Origin: an uncultured Cellvibrionaceae bacterium
GTDB lineage: Bacteria > Pseudomonadota > Gammaproteobacteria > Pseudomonadales > Cellvibrionaceae
Assembly (NCBI GenBank): GCA_964419935.1
Contig: CAYQQJ010000015.1
Span: 17,478 to 81,477 of the forward strand
Length of the DNA stretch: 64,000 nt
Direction of reading: 5' to 3'
Positions within the stretch are counted from its first letter, which is position 1. Every line of letters begins with the position of its first letter. The translations under genes were made by a program, and so were the position numbers. The notes under the pieces are model-generated. The model was not told where the DNA came from and did no database searches. It worked only from the letters and a program-made list of their open reading frames with translations. This document shows, one piece after another, positions 1 to 9,239 of this stretch.

Positions 1-306
1 CCGCGTTTCAAGCTTGGTTTCGCTGTTCAGCACCTCGTCGAAAATATCATTCGCCCGGTGCTCCATTCCATAGGCAAGGCTGAAACTGCCTTCCATAACC
101 CGGGGGCGATTGCCGTGCCCCACAATACCGCCGCGAGCCTCTGCCACTTTGAGCTCGAGCAGCGCATCCAGAAATTCACCTTGCCAGTAATTGTAGAGGG
201 CGGTTCCATAACGCAAGTCCGCCACCACTGTCACTGGCTTTTCCGGCCGCGCCGCAAAAGCTGAACAGGTGGTGGCGAGAAGCATCAGCCCGATTGTAAA
301 TCTCAC
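1..306 (-). CDS. secreted TPR-like protein, N-terminal fragment (gene continues past the left edge)
   Basis: Own minus-strand translation from GTG at 306 (alternative ATG at 285): VRFTIGLMLLATTCSAFAARPEKPVTVVADLRYGTALYNYWQGEFLDALLELK... It stays open to position 1 and has a signal-peptide-like N-terminus. Its GTG overlaps the stop of ORF 303-857 (GTGA). Absent from the ORF track because it is edge-truncated. Confidence 0.45.
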   Translation of the reverse strand, partial: MRFTIGLMLLATTCSAFAARPEKPVTVVADLRYGTALYNYWQGEFLDALLELKVAEARGGIVGHGNRPRVMEGSFSLAYGMEHRANDIFDEVLNSETKLETR

Positions 307-857
307 AACTGCCATTCTTTAAAATCGAACTCCGGTTGCATGTTGGCGGTTGAATCGCGAATGCGCAGCTCCAGCATTTGCGGCTCCTGACCTTTCTCCA
401 GCGTCATGGTTGCGGCGCGCTGGTAGTCTCGGTTCTCCGGCCCCACCCCGGTAAAAAATGCGGTAACTTCATGGGCGCCAGACTTCAGGTTGCCGATGTA
501 CAAACGCTGGATACCGCCGCGGCTGAGGGATTCGTTTTGTCGCTCGGTATAGAGATGACTGGCCACCAGCGTGTCATCGATTTTCAGTTTCACTGCATCG
601 AGGCGGAAATAATGGCCCACATCAAGAGAAACAAAAACGGCCACCTGGGTGTTGGCCGGGAACAGCAACTCCTCCTCAAGAATCAACAAGTCGCGATTGA
701 GATCCAGCGCCGCCTGTTTCAAATCCTGAACCCGGTCATTGAGTGGAGCCTCGCCGGAGGAAGCACCTGCGCCGTCGTCCGTTTGTGCCAGAGCCAGAGC
801 AGTAATCAGCCAGACGCTCGCGATAACCCAGCGGCCGAGGTTGTGTAAAGGTTTCAC
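303..857 (-). CDS. periplasmic/secreted protein of unknown function
   Basis: 184-aa ORF with an N-terminal signal peptide (VIASVWLITALALAQT), a short coiled-coil-like segment and a beta-rich C-terminus. No family recognised. Translationally coupled to the downstream TPR-like ORF. Confidence 0.6.
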   Translation of the reverse strand: MKPLHNLGRWVIASVWLITALALAQTDDGAGASSGEAPLNDRVQDLKQAALDLNRDLLILEEELLFPANTQVAVFVSLDVGHYFRLDAVKLKIDDTLVASHLYTERQNESLSRGGIQRLYIGNLKSGAHEVTAFFTGVGPENRDYQRAATMTLEKGQEPQMLELRIRDSTANMQPEFDFKEWQL

Positions 858-1055
858 AAAGAGATCTCCAGTATCGTACCAGCGATGAGTAAGGCAGAGA
901 TTGAGGCCAAGCGTGGCCGTAGAGCTGCAGCAAAGCTTAACTTAGCGCCGTATTTTTATACGTGTTCTATTACGCAAGTTTGGTGCCAGATTCAGGGGTT
1001 GAACCTGCGCTGAGCGGAATGCCCGCGGGGTAAACGCAGCCGACTAAGGCGAATA

Positions 1056-2090
1056 CTAACTTTCGCCTCTTTCAGGCTCCACCAGGCCGTGGCTGTAATG
1101 CACCTGGCCGGCACTGTCGATGATAATACAGTCAAACCCCGGTAACTGGTTGATCAGCACCAGACCGTCGGCAACACCAAGTACGAAGACACTGGTCGAT
1201 AACGCATCGGTATCCATGCCTTCGCGCCCGATAACGGTCACGCTGGCGATACCGCCGGCCGGCTTTCCGGTGCGCGGATTGATGATGTGATGCACCCGCT
1301 CCCCGGTTTCCGGATCAATAAAGTAACGTTCGTAGTCGCCGGAGGTTGATATGGCCGCATCTTCCAGGGGTAGGACAATGGCCGGTTCCGTATCTCCGGG
1401 CAGGGAGCGCGGCTTTTTAATGCCGATCATCCAGGGCCGGCCGCGCCGGTCACCCAGCACGCGACTGTCACCCCCGGCGCTGACGGTTCCGTGGCTGATT
1501 CCCAGTTCGCGCAGCAAATCGATTGCGCGATCCACCGCGTAGCCTTTGGCGATGCCGCCCAGGTCAATGCGCAGGTCCGGGTGAGCGAAAGCGAGGGTCT
1601 GGTTCTTTCGATCGAACACCAGTTTGCGAAAATCCACCGCCGGCAGCAGCGCATGGGTTTGTTGAGTATCAGGCTTCTGCCCCGCGCGATAGTCGTAAAA
1701 CCAGCCAATTGACGCGAAGGTAATGTCAAACGCGCCATTGGTAAGATGAGCATAAAAAAGCGAGCGCTCAAGCAGCAAAGCCAGTTCATCAGAAATCGGC
1801 TGGGGAGATTCGGCGGCCTTGGAGTTGATGCGGTACAACTCGCTGGTTTCGATCCAGGGTGAAAAGGCCTGATCGATCCGCTGCATTTCACCCATGACGG
1901 CGTCGATCGCCTGTTGACGCACGGAAGGGTCCGGGTGCCAGAGTTCGATGCTGATCCGGGTGCCCATTGCCTGTCCGGTATGGGTGGCCCATTCTGCCCG
2001 GCTGGCCATGGATATAAGCATCAGCAGCAGAACCAGGCTTAACCTGAGGGGTAAGCACAGAAAGGTGAACCGGGAGCAGTTTGGCATCAT
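1056..2090 (-). CDS. apbE: FAD:protein FMN transferase (ApbE family)
   Basis: 344-aa ORF with a hydrophobic export signal. ApbE hallmarks present: GTRISIELW, LGGIAKGYAVDRA, TSGDYERYF. Confidence 0.9.
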   Translation of the reverse strand: MMPNCSRFTFLCLPLRLSLVLLLMLISMASRAEWATHTGQAMGTRISIELWHPDPSVRQQAIDAVMGEMQRIDQAFSPWIETSELYRINSKAAESPQPISDELALLLERSLFYAHLTNGAFDITFASIGWFYDYRAGQKPDTQQTHALLPAVDFRKLVFDRKNQTLAFAHPDLRIDLGGIAKGYAVDRAIDLLRELGISHGTVSAGGDSRVLGDRRGRPWMIGIKKPRSLPGDTEPAIVLPLEDAAISTSGDYERYFIDPETGERVHHIINPRTGKPAGGIASVTVIGREGMDTDALSTSVFVLGVADGLVLINQLPGFDCIIIDSAGQVHYSHGLVEPERGES

Positions 2091-2173
2091 GTTCAGGCGC
2101 TTTTTGCTTAGTAGTGAGGTGAAGGCGGAGCAAACTGCCTATTGAGCTCGATCACCGCTGGTTGCATCACAGG

Positions 2174-2202
2174 CTGAACGCAGCACCAACTGCTGCGTTC
2201 AG
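2174..2202 (-). terminator. stem-loop between gspN and apbE
   Basis: Perfect 12-bp stem CTGAACGCAGCA/TGCTGCGTTCAG with a 5-nt loop, about 35 nt downstream of the gspN stop. No U-tract, so it may be an attenuating or processing hairpin rather than a strong intrinsic terminator. Confidence 0.35.
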
Positions 2203-2236
2203 AACACACTGAGACCAGCTTTGCCGTTGTTGAAAA

Positions 2237-3007
2237 TCAGGTGCCGGGCGGCCAGGCAACGCGGAAGCTACCGTCCTCCATCGGCTGGCCAACGAACTCG
2301 AGCGCCGATGTAATCTGCTCAGGCGCTTCCGGTGAAGCCGCTACTGTGCCTTTGAGCGATGGCTCGCGACCAGCAACAAGATCACCGGCGAGATTCACTT
2401 TGAAAGGTCCATCCAGCTCAAAGATATCCGCGTGAACCCCGCCCTGCTCATTCGGTGTGAGCTTAGCAGCATAGGAGCCAAGACTGATCCAGCGCTCACC
2501 ATTGTTCCAGCGCGCGTCCCGCCAACTGATGTTGCCCGCCAACTCCTGGATCTGTTGATCGTCCACGCGCAGATGCTGCAATTGAGTCGAGACCTGCCCA
2601 CCAATGTTGAGATTGAACTGGGCGCCGATAACTGCCATGGGTGCGCTCAGCTGCACGTCCCTGGCCTCGAGCACATTGCCCGGCGACGCACAGAAAATGC
2701 CGGCCGCAGGCTGGTCCAGTAAATTTCCATGAACTTCCGCACAGGCCTTGAGCGCCAGCAAGGACAAGGGTTTGAGGTTCCAGGTGACATTCGTCAGGGC
2801 GAGTGTTTGGTTGCCCACCACCACGGCACCACCACTGGCGCGACCATCCCACAAGGTACCGCTAACCCCTGTGAGCCAGACATTGGGCGCAGCCTGATGA
2901 ACTGCCCAGGCGCCCCAGGTTGCCGGTGTACGGGCAACAACCAGGAACACAAAGTAGAGCAGCAGGGCGAACAACAACAGAGATTTGACTAGCTTTGATA
3001 AACCCAT
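2237..3007 (-). CDS. gspN: type II secretion system protein N
   Basis: 256 aa with an N-terminal TM segment (LLLFALLLYFVFLVV). Last gene of the gsp operon, directly after gspM. Confidence 0.75.
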   Translation of the reverse strand: MGLSKLVKSLLLFALLLYFVFLVVARTPATWGAWAVHQAAPNVWLTGVSGTLWDGRASGGAVVVGNQTLALTNVTWNLKPLSLLALKACAEVHGNLLDQPAAGIFCASPGNVLEARDVQLSAPMAVIGAQFNLNIGGQVSTQLQHLRVDDQQIQELAGNISWRDARWNNGERWISLGSYAAKLTPNEQGGVHADIFELDGPFKVNLAGDLVAGREPSLKGTVAASPEAPEQITSALEFVGQPMEDGSFRVAWPPGT

Positions 3008-3009
3008 GC

Positions 3010-3486
3010 CTACCCCTTGTGCAACCGGACATTGACCACGACGATACCGGGATCAGCGCCCGCGGCCACGGACAGATCGCGAATTTGTACACCCTCGGTC
3101 ACCTCCATGTCGTAAAGCCACGCCAGCAGATTGTCGAAATTAACCTGGTCTATGCGCAAACGAACATCGGAGGAGCCGCTGGGCTGCATGCCGGACATAC
3201 GAATATTGTGTTGTCGCATGCTGCGGTCCGCCACCTCCACGATACTGCTCCCGCCGGACTGGCCCTGCCCCTGTTCGCGGTTCACCCATAGTGCGGCCAT
3301 GGTGCGCATGCGTTGCAAGGCTTCCTGAGAGGCCTGGTTGCGCGCATGTTGTTCATCGAGCTTCTGTTGAAGCGGGTCCAGCACCGCCACAAACAGGAGA
3401 TAGATCACCAGCGCAATCGCGCCGAGCAACAGCGTCAGCTGTTCCCGTGGCGAGGCTTGCGCCAACCAGGCTTTGAATGCATTCAT
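3010..3486 (-). CDS. gspM: type II secretion system protein M
   Basis: 158 aa with a single N-terminal TM (LTLLLGAIALVIYLLFVAVL). Has a 4-nt overlap with gspL; size and position are typical of GspM. Confidence 0.8.
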   Translation of the reverse strand: MNAFKAWLAQASPREQLTLLLGAIALVIYLLFVAVLDPLQQKLDEQHARNQASQEALQRMRTMAALWVNREQGQGQSGGSSIVEVADRSMRQHNIRMSGMQPSGSSDVRLRIDQVNFDNLLAWLYDMEVTEGVQIRDLSVAAGADPGIVVVNVRLHKG

Positions 3487-4718
3487 AAACCGCCCTCCAC
3501 AACGCGCATTCGCGCCTGATGGACATCGCCCTGCGCACTGACACGCATTAACTCCGCCGTCAATCCGCGCGCGCTGATCGCCCCGCGCAGGCTTTCCAGT
3601 AAAGCGAAGTCCGTCGCTTCCAGATTCAACTGCAGTTCGCGGTTGTCCTGACTGTAGCGGAAGCTGCTTAATGTAAGGCCGTCATTGGCTGCGATGGGCG
3701 GTGCCACTTCGCTCATCAGGTACATGAAGTTACTGGATGCCTGGCTGCCGCCGAGCCCCGATACCAGGGACTCCAAACGCCGCTCCGGATCTCTGATATT
3801 GCCGTCGGCATTGGGGACCGCCATGCGATAAACCTGCTGCATGTCCGCCAGTATTTCGTTTTGCCGGGTCTGAGCCTGCCAGAACTGCCCCGCGGTAACG
3901 GCAATTGCGAGAACAAACGCCGCGCCGGTGGCAATGGCGGGCACGCGCCACTCCTGCCACCAGCGCATCAACGGCAGGCTCCGGCCGAGAGCGCCGCTGC
4001 GAAAATCCAGTTCAGGCAGCGCAGCCACGTCGAGCGCAGACCAAAAATCCGACGTCTGAATATTCAGCTCCCGGTTGTCGTCACCGGCGTCGCTCTCCGG
4101 CAGCAAATCCTGCAACCGTTCAAGACTGGCCTGATCGGCACCAAAGAGATTGATTTGCACCGGTAGCGACTGATGCTCCAACAGTGCCGGGAGCACCGCG
4201 TCGGCCAAAGCGGATTCGATCGCCAGCCCGAGACCCTCGCCGGAGTGAATCAGCAGGCGGTCATCTGCCATACACAGCGTCCAGCTATCGGGCTCCCGGT
4301 AAAGCATCAGGAAATCCGCGGTGCAGCGCTGTACATCGCAGCCCGCATCCTCCAGTTGACTGACCGCCGCCTGCAATGGCGCGAGCGCGGTATAGGCAAC
4401 CGACAACTGGCCATCATGCACGGGGCCGAGACTGAAATGCAGCTCATCAACCGGGTCGATCGCCTGGTCTTCCAGCTGGAAAGGCACCAACTTGGCAAGG
4501 TGCCGACGCTCCCGTGCCTCCGCCGTAATGCGCTGGGCGACAACCGCCTCACCCGGCAGGAGGTAATAAGTCGGCATGCTGTTGCGCGGCAAATTATCCT
4601 GGAGCGCCTCAATATCACCACTGTGAACCTGATCGTCGCGCCAACCGCTGCGACTGTCAGCATACCGCCACTGCCAAAGATCATCCGCCAGTTGGCGCAC
4701 TACAATAATGTCGGTCAC
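3483..4718 (-). CDS. gspL: type II secretion system protein L
   Basis: 411 aa with a cytoplasmic N-domain, one TM (AIATGAAFVLAIAVTAG) and a periplasmic C-domain. Lies between gspK and gspM. Confidence 0.8.
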   Translation of the reverse strand: MTDIIVVRQLADDLWQWRYADSRSGWRDDQVHSGDIEALQDNLPRNSMPTYYLLPGEAVVAQRITAEARERRHLAKLVPFQLEDQAIDPVDELHFSLGPVHDGQLSVAYTALAPLQAAVSQLEDAGCDVQRCTADFLMLYREPDSWTLCMADDRLLIHSGEGLGLAIESALADAVLPALLEHQSLPVQINLFGADQASLERLQDLLPESDAGDDNRELNIQTSDFWSALDVAALPELDFRSGALGRSLPLMRWWQEWRVPAIATGAAFVLAIAVTAGQFWQAQTRQNEILADMQQVYRMAVPNADGNIRDPERRLESLVSGLGGSQASSNFMYLMSEVAPPIAANDGLTLSSFRYSQDNRELQLNLEATDFALLESLRGAISARGLTAELMRVSAQGDVHQARMRVVEGGL

Positions 4719-4833
4719 ACGCGTCCTCGGCTATGGTTGAGCTTGAGCCAATGGGGCTCCCCGCTGCTACTGTTATCGCTGGTTATGTGTTGTTCTCGCT
4801 TGATGTCTTGTTTCACGCTGGCTGTTCCCGCAA

Positions 4834-5925
4834 TCAGAAATGGGCGTCGCTACGACGAACCACATTGACTTTACCGTTCTGCCGCTTGAGCATACTGGAG
4901 CCACTCCTTATCAAATCACCAACCCGCGTTTCACTGAATAGCAGGAAATAGCTGCTGTTAACCGCCAAGTCGTCGGTTTCCAGTCCACCGGTATTGGCCA
5001 CCAGCGTGGTCAAAATCGGGGAGGATTTCAATGCGTCCGGATTGTCGAACCCACCGGACGCCGGTGGCGCTTCTGTCGCCGGGTTGGGCGTGCCTTCAGT
5101 AGCGCCGATAGCGTTACGTTCGTCAATCAGCAGTTGCGCATCCTCCACCGTGAGCGGCGCAAAATCGTTGGCACCTGCCATGGTGCGCATTAGCGCCGCC
5201 GGCATGGTGTTAATATTCAACTTGGCGTCAACCGGCAGCGCCACTACCAGAGGCAACAGGGCTTGATATAGCTCCGGCGTCATGCCTTTGATCAATGTCA
5301 GCTCGCTGACACTGACCATCGCCATGTTCGGGGGCGTCGCTGGCGGATCCAGTTGCTGATAATAGTCCGTTTCCGCCCCGCCAAAACCGGTCACAGCCTG
5401 ATCCACATCGACCCAATCGATCACTGCTTCGGTAATTTCCACCGCCTGGTTCAGATCAATCACTTCGCCGTCAAATTCGAATGTCTGCAACAATCGTATA
5501 AACCGCTTCTGGCTGGCGGTGAACCTCTGCTCTGGCGGCAAATTCGCCGGCGGTGGTTTGTTGCCCTGCAGCGCCGGCGAATTTTGCTGAAGCAGGTTAA
5601 TATTGAAGCGCCCCTGGGCGTCTTCCAGCTTTCCCTGAACCCAACCTTCATCCGTCGGAAACGCGTCCGAGGGTTGCGCCCAGAATTCATCCAGACTATC
5701 CACCAGGCGACCTTCTTCCTGGTCCATCAACATATCTTCATTGAGGACGATGGTGGCCAGGGTTTCCGCTCCATCCAGATAAGCCCGCGCCTGCAGTCCG
5801 TGCCAGCGGTTTTCGCTGCGAGTCAGACTCAGGTTATAACGCCAGCTCAAGCTGACAGTAATGGAGGTTACCAGCACCACAATCAGCATCGCCAGTATCA
5901 GCACCATGCCGCGCTGCTTATGCAC
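4834..5925 (-). CDS. gspK: type II secretion minor pseudopilin K
   Basis: 363 aa with a pseudopilin-like hydrophobic N-terminus (RGMVLILAMLIVVLVTSI). Size and position match GspK. Confidence 0.85.
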   Translation of the reverse strand: MHKQRGMVLILAMLIVVLVTSITVSLSWRYNLSLTRSENRWHGLQARAYLDGAETLATIVLNEDMLMDQEEGRLVDSLDEFWAQPSDAFPTDEGWVQGKLEDAQGRFNINLLQQNSPALQGNKPPPANLPPEQRFTASQKRFIRLLQTFEFDGEVIDLNQAVEITEAVIDWVDVDQAVTGFGGAETDYYQQLDPPATPPNMAMVSVSELTLIKGMTPELYQALLPLVVALPVDAKLNINTMPAALMRTMAGANDFAPLTVEDAQLLIDERNAIGATEGTPNPATEAPPASGGFDNPDALKSSPILTTLVANTGGLETDDLAVNSSYFLLFSETRVGDLIRSGSSMLKRQNGKVNVVRRSDAHF

Positions 5926-6571
5926 CTGGCACCTCCGCGCCGCCGGGCAGCACTTCGAACAGGCGCGTCACTTCACCCAGATCCTCGAAGATCAAGCTGA
6001 TCTCCACAGCCACCGGCAATGCCATGGGCGGCTGGTTGCCCGGCCATTCATCCAACCAGGGGCCATCTTCCACAGACTGGCCATTCAAGGGCAGCAAACG
6101 CACGGTCATGTCCTTCACGCCATCCACCAGTTTCTGTTGCGCCGCCGCTTCCGGCTCGATCCGTGACGGGTCGTGCCAGGTATCTCGCCACAACAGGCCG
6201 TCCTGCAACCGATAGCCCACCCGCGCCAGCTCGGTACGCGGCAATAACAGCGGGTTGGCGCGACCACCGCGCAACAGGCTCAGGCGATACTCGCTGTTAA
6301 AGTCCACCAGCAGCGCCGGCAGTGGTGGCCCGTAGTAAAGCCGTGTCAGCCGTGCCACCGCGTTGCGTAAATCGCCTTCCAACAAGACCCAGGTTCGGTC
6401 AATCCGGTCAAAGCGCTCCAGGGTCTCTTCCGTGACTTCACTGGATTTTGATGCAGCATTGATCGCCATGTAGGAGCCAGTGGCCACCAGTGCCATCACA
6501 CCGATTGCCACCATCACCTCCAGCAGCGTGAACCCGCGCGCGCCTCGCTTGCCCAGAGACTTATTCACCAT
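5918..6571 (-). CDS. gspJ: type II secretion minor pseudopilin J
   Basis: Prepilin-type N-terminus RGFTLLEVMVAIGV. Start moved to the ATG at 6571 (MVNKSLGKRGARGFTLLE), which abuts the gspI stop; the ORF-track start at 6652 is probably too far upstream. Confidence 0.85.
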   Translation of the reverse strand: MVNKSLGKRGARGFTLLEVMVAIGVMALVATGSYMAINAASKSSEVTEETLERFDRIDRTWVLLEGDLRNAVARLTRLYYGPPLPALLVDFNSEYRLSLLRGGRANPLLLPRTELARVGYRLQDGLLWRDTWHDPSRIEPEAAAQQKLVDGVKDMTVRLLPLNGQSVEDGPWLDEWPGNQPPMALPVAVEISLIFEDLGEVTRLFEVLPGGAEVPGA

Positions 6572-6941
6572 GAACAAACCCTGAGAGCCAGGCAAGCGGG
6601 CTGTCTTGCCCCTGCAGAGCCACCTCAACTTCAATGCGGTACATGTTTTCAACCGGAGTTTCTTCGGTAGTGACCGTCCAGTTCCATTTATTCCGCCCCA
6701 ATTCGACGGTATCGGTCTCTTTGCGCGGCGGCATCTCGCCGGTCAGGCGCCGCTCGATCGAGATCTCCGCCATTTTGTTTTGGGCCACCCAGAATGCCTG
6801 GGTTTTGGAGCGCGCCGAAAATGTATGCTGGGACAGACTTTCCGCCTGTCCCAGCAGGGCCGGCAACGCCAGGGCGACAATCATCATGGCCACCATCACT
6901 TCAACCAGGGTAAAGCCTTTTTGATCCGGCCTAAAAGCCAT
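6561..6941 (-). CDS. gspI: type II secretion minor pseudopilin I
   Basis: Prepilin leader MAFRPDQKGFTLVEVMVAMMIV. The ATG at 6941 is preferred over the ORF-track start at 6962. Confidence 0.85.
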   Translation of the reverse strand: MAFRPDQKGFTLVEVMVAMMIVALALPALLGQAESLSQHTFSARSKTQAFWVAQNKMAEISIERRLTGEMPPRKETDTVELGRNKWNWTVTTEETPVENMYRIEVEVALQGQDSPLAWLSGFVHGE

Positions 6942-7515
6942 TGTCGGCCTCTCTCGCAGCACCGGGGTCTTCCACCCAGACTACCTCGCCCCAGGCATCC
7001 ACCTTGACGTTCTGGCTGAAATCGGGAACTCGCTCATCGCGAAATTCAACAGCGAAAGACGTCACTTCTCCGCCTGGATAGAACACCGCAATGGGAAGCC
7101 GGTTTTCCGGCGCATCCTCCCACTCCCACATCTGCCCTTCGACCATCACATCCAGGTGTACAGCGGCGGGCAGAGTGACCGCCTCCAGATCCTCATCATC
7201 CTCCCAGCCGCCGGGTCCGATTCTTTGCCAGCGATAACGCCAGGCGGTATCCAGGTTTTCGTCTGCTTCCTTCTGCCACGCCGGTGGCTCCAGCAACAGG
7301 CCGACCGGCTGACCATAAAGAATGGCGCGCTCCGAGGCAAACTCGCCCAGTGTGGCAAAACGCTCGGCAATCTCACGCAACTCGGTATCCGGACCACCGC
7401 GACTGACCACCAGCGACACCATGCCGACACTGATACCGATGATAAAGATCACCACCATGATCTCGATCAGGGTGAAGCCGGCGCTACGCCCGTTGTCGCG
7501 GAAAGTTACCGTCAC
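6931..7515 (-). CDS. gspH: type II secretion minor pseudopilin H
   Basis: 194 aa with prepilin-type N-terminus SAGFTLIEIMVVIFIIGI. Confidence 0.85.
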   Translation of the reverse strand: MTVTFRDNGRSAGFTLIEIMVVIFIIGISVGMVSLVVSRGGPDTELREIAERFATLGEFASERAILYGQPVGLLLEPPAWQKEADENLDTAWRYRWQRIGPGGWEDDEDLEAVTLPAAVHLDVMVEGQMWEWEDAPENRLPIAVFYPGGEVTSFAVEFRDERVPDFSQNVKVDAWGEVVWVEDPGAAREADNGF

Positions 7516-7524
7516 CGCGACGGT

Positions 7525-7977
7525 TTACTCTTGCTGCGGCTGGTTGGGGTCGTCCCAGTTGGAGATGTCGGCATCCTGACCACTGCCGCCACGCACACCA
7601 TCGGCACCCAGGGTATAGATGTCGAAGGCCTTGCCGTTCTCGCCGGGACTCAAGTAAAGGTATTCGCGCTGCCAGGGATCCTGGGGGATTTTGTCCAGGT
7701 AGCCTTCGGAGCGCCAGCCGCGGGGTTCAGGCGCAATCTGCGGTTTGGTCACCAAGGCCTCCAACCCTTGCTCGCTGGTCGGGTAGACGAAGTTGTCCAG
7801 CCGGTAGTTGGCCAAGGCAGTTTTGATCGACGAGAAGTCCGCCTGCACTTTCTGCAGCTGGGCCTTTTCCACATTCTGGAAAACCTTGGGGGCGACATAA
7901 CTCAGCAGCAGACCCATGATCACGATGACGACCATGATCTCGATCAAGCTAAAGCCCTGTTGTTTTTTGATTGTCAT
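7525..7977 (-). CDS. gspG: type II secretion major pseudopilin G
   Basis: 150 aa with QQGFSLIEIMVVIVIMGLL followed by the conserved GspG core (ANYRLDNFVYPTSEQGLEAL, DPWQREYLYLSPG). Confidence 0.95.
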   Translation of the reverse strand: MTIKKQQGFSLIEIMVVIVIMGLLLSYVAPKVFQNVEKAQLQKVQADFSSIKTALANYRLDNFVYPTSEQGLEALVTKPQIAPEPRGWRSEGYLDKIPQDPWQREYLYLSPGENGKAFDIYTLGADGVRGGSGQDADISNWDDPNQPQQE

Positions 7978-8001
7978 TGGATCCTTTTCCTCCTGTGGGG
8001 C

Positions 8002-9222
8002 TTATCCCACCATATCGTTTAACTCGAAAATCGGCATCAGAATAGCCATCACGATGACGGTTACAATGGCACCCATAAACAGCACCATCATGGGCTCCAT
8101 TAAACCCATGGCCGTGCCCACTCTGAATTCCAGCTCACGCTCCTGATTGCGCGCCGCGTGCAACAATTGATCCGACAGTTTGCCATTGGCTTCGCCACTG
8201 GCGGCCATCTGGACCAGGAGAGGCGGAAAGATATTCGCATTGTCCAGCGCGCGGTGCAGACTGGTACCTTCTTTGACAGCGACGGCCACCGTCAGGCTTG
8301 CACTCTGCAACACCTTATTCGTCAGTACCTGCCCCGCAATGCGCAGCGCCTCCAACAAAGGCACGCCACTTTCCACCAGCAGCCCGAGGGTACTGGCATA
8401 GCGCGCAGTCTCCGCCTGCAGGATCAGATCGCCCATCAGGGGCACCCGCAGCAGAAATCGGTGCCAACGCAAACGTCGCTCCGGCGCCTGCAACAGGCGG
8501 CGGAACAGAAAGACGAGGCCGAAACCGCCGATGAGAACGAAAATCCCGTAGTTCACAACAAAGTCACTGGTCGCCATCAGCGCGCGCGTGAGAAAGGGCA
8601 GCGATGCCTGATTGTGCTCAAACAGACCCACCAGCTTCGGCACCACAAAAGCCATCAACAGCATGATGACGGTGACACTGACGCCGAGCAGTATGATCGG
8701 GTACATCATGGCCATCTGCATTTTTTGTCGGGTCTGCTGGCTCCGCTCGGTGTAATCCGCCAGCTGTTCGAGTACCGGCCCGAGGAAACCGGCACTTTCG
8801 CCAGCTCTGACCATGGCCCGGTAAAGACCGTCGAACGCTTTGGGTGCCTCTGCCATCGCCTGCGCCAGAGACAGCCCTTCGAGTACACGGGAACGGACCT
8901 GTAACATCAATGTCTTGATGACCGGCTTGCGGCTCTGGGTGGCGGTGGCCCGCAGCACTTCGTCCAACGGCAAACCCGACTGCACCAGAGACGCCAATTG
9001 ACGCGTCACCAACGCAACGTCGCGGTAGTTCAGTTTGGGCTGGCCAAACCCGAGTTTGAAGCCGCCGGTTTCAGCACCGCGCTTGCGCGTACTGGTGACA
9101 TTCAGTGGCTTGAGCTGACGCGAACGCAAGAGGCCGCGAACGTGGCGCTCGGAATCGCCTTCGATCACCCCTTTTACGGTTTTGCCTTTTGCGTCTAGCG
9201 CCTGATAATTGAATGCTGCCAT
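8002..9222 (-). CDS. gspF: type II secretion inner-membrane platform protein F
   Basis: 406-aa polytopic protein with the duplicated GspF/PilC-type domain. Confidence 0.95.
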   Translation of the reverse strand: MAAFNYQALDAKGKTVKGVIEGDSERHVRGLLRSRQLKPLNVTSTRKRGAETGGFKLGFGQPKLNYRDVALVTRQLASLVQSGLPLDEVLRATATQSRKPVIKTLMLQVRSRVLEGLSLAQAMAEAPKAFDGLYRAMVRAGESAGFLGPVLEQLADYTERSQQTRQKMQMAMMYPIILLGVSVTVIMLLMAFVVPKLVGLFEHNQASLPFLTRALMATSDFVVNYGIFVLIGGFGLVFLFRRLLQAPERRLRWHRFLLRVPLMGDLILQAETARYASTLGLLVESGVPLLEALRIAGQVLTNKVLQSASLTVAVAVKEGTSLHRALDNANIFPPLLVQMAASGEANGKLSDQLLHAARNQERELEFRVGTAMGLMEPMMVLFMGAIVTVIVMAILMPIFELNDMVG

Positions 9223-9239
9223 AGTCGCTGCTTATAGTG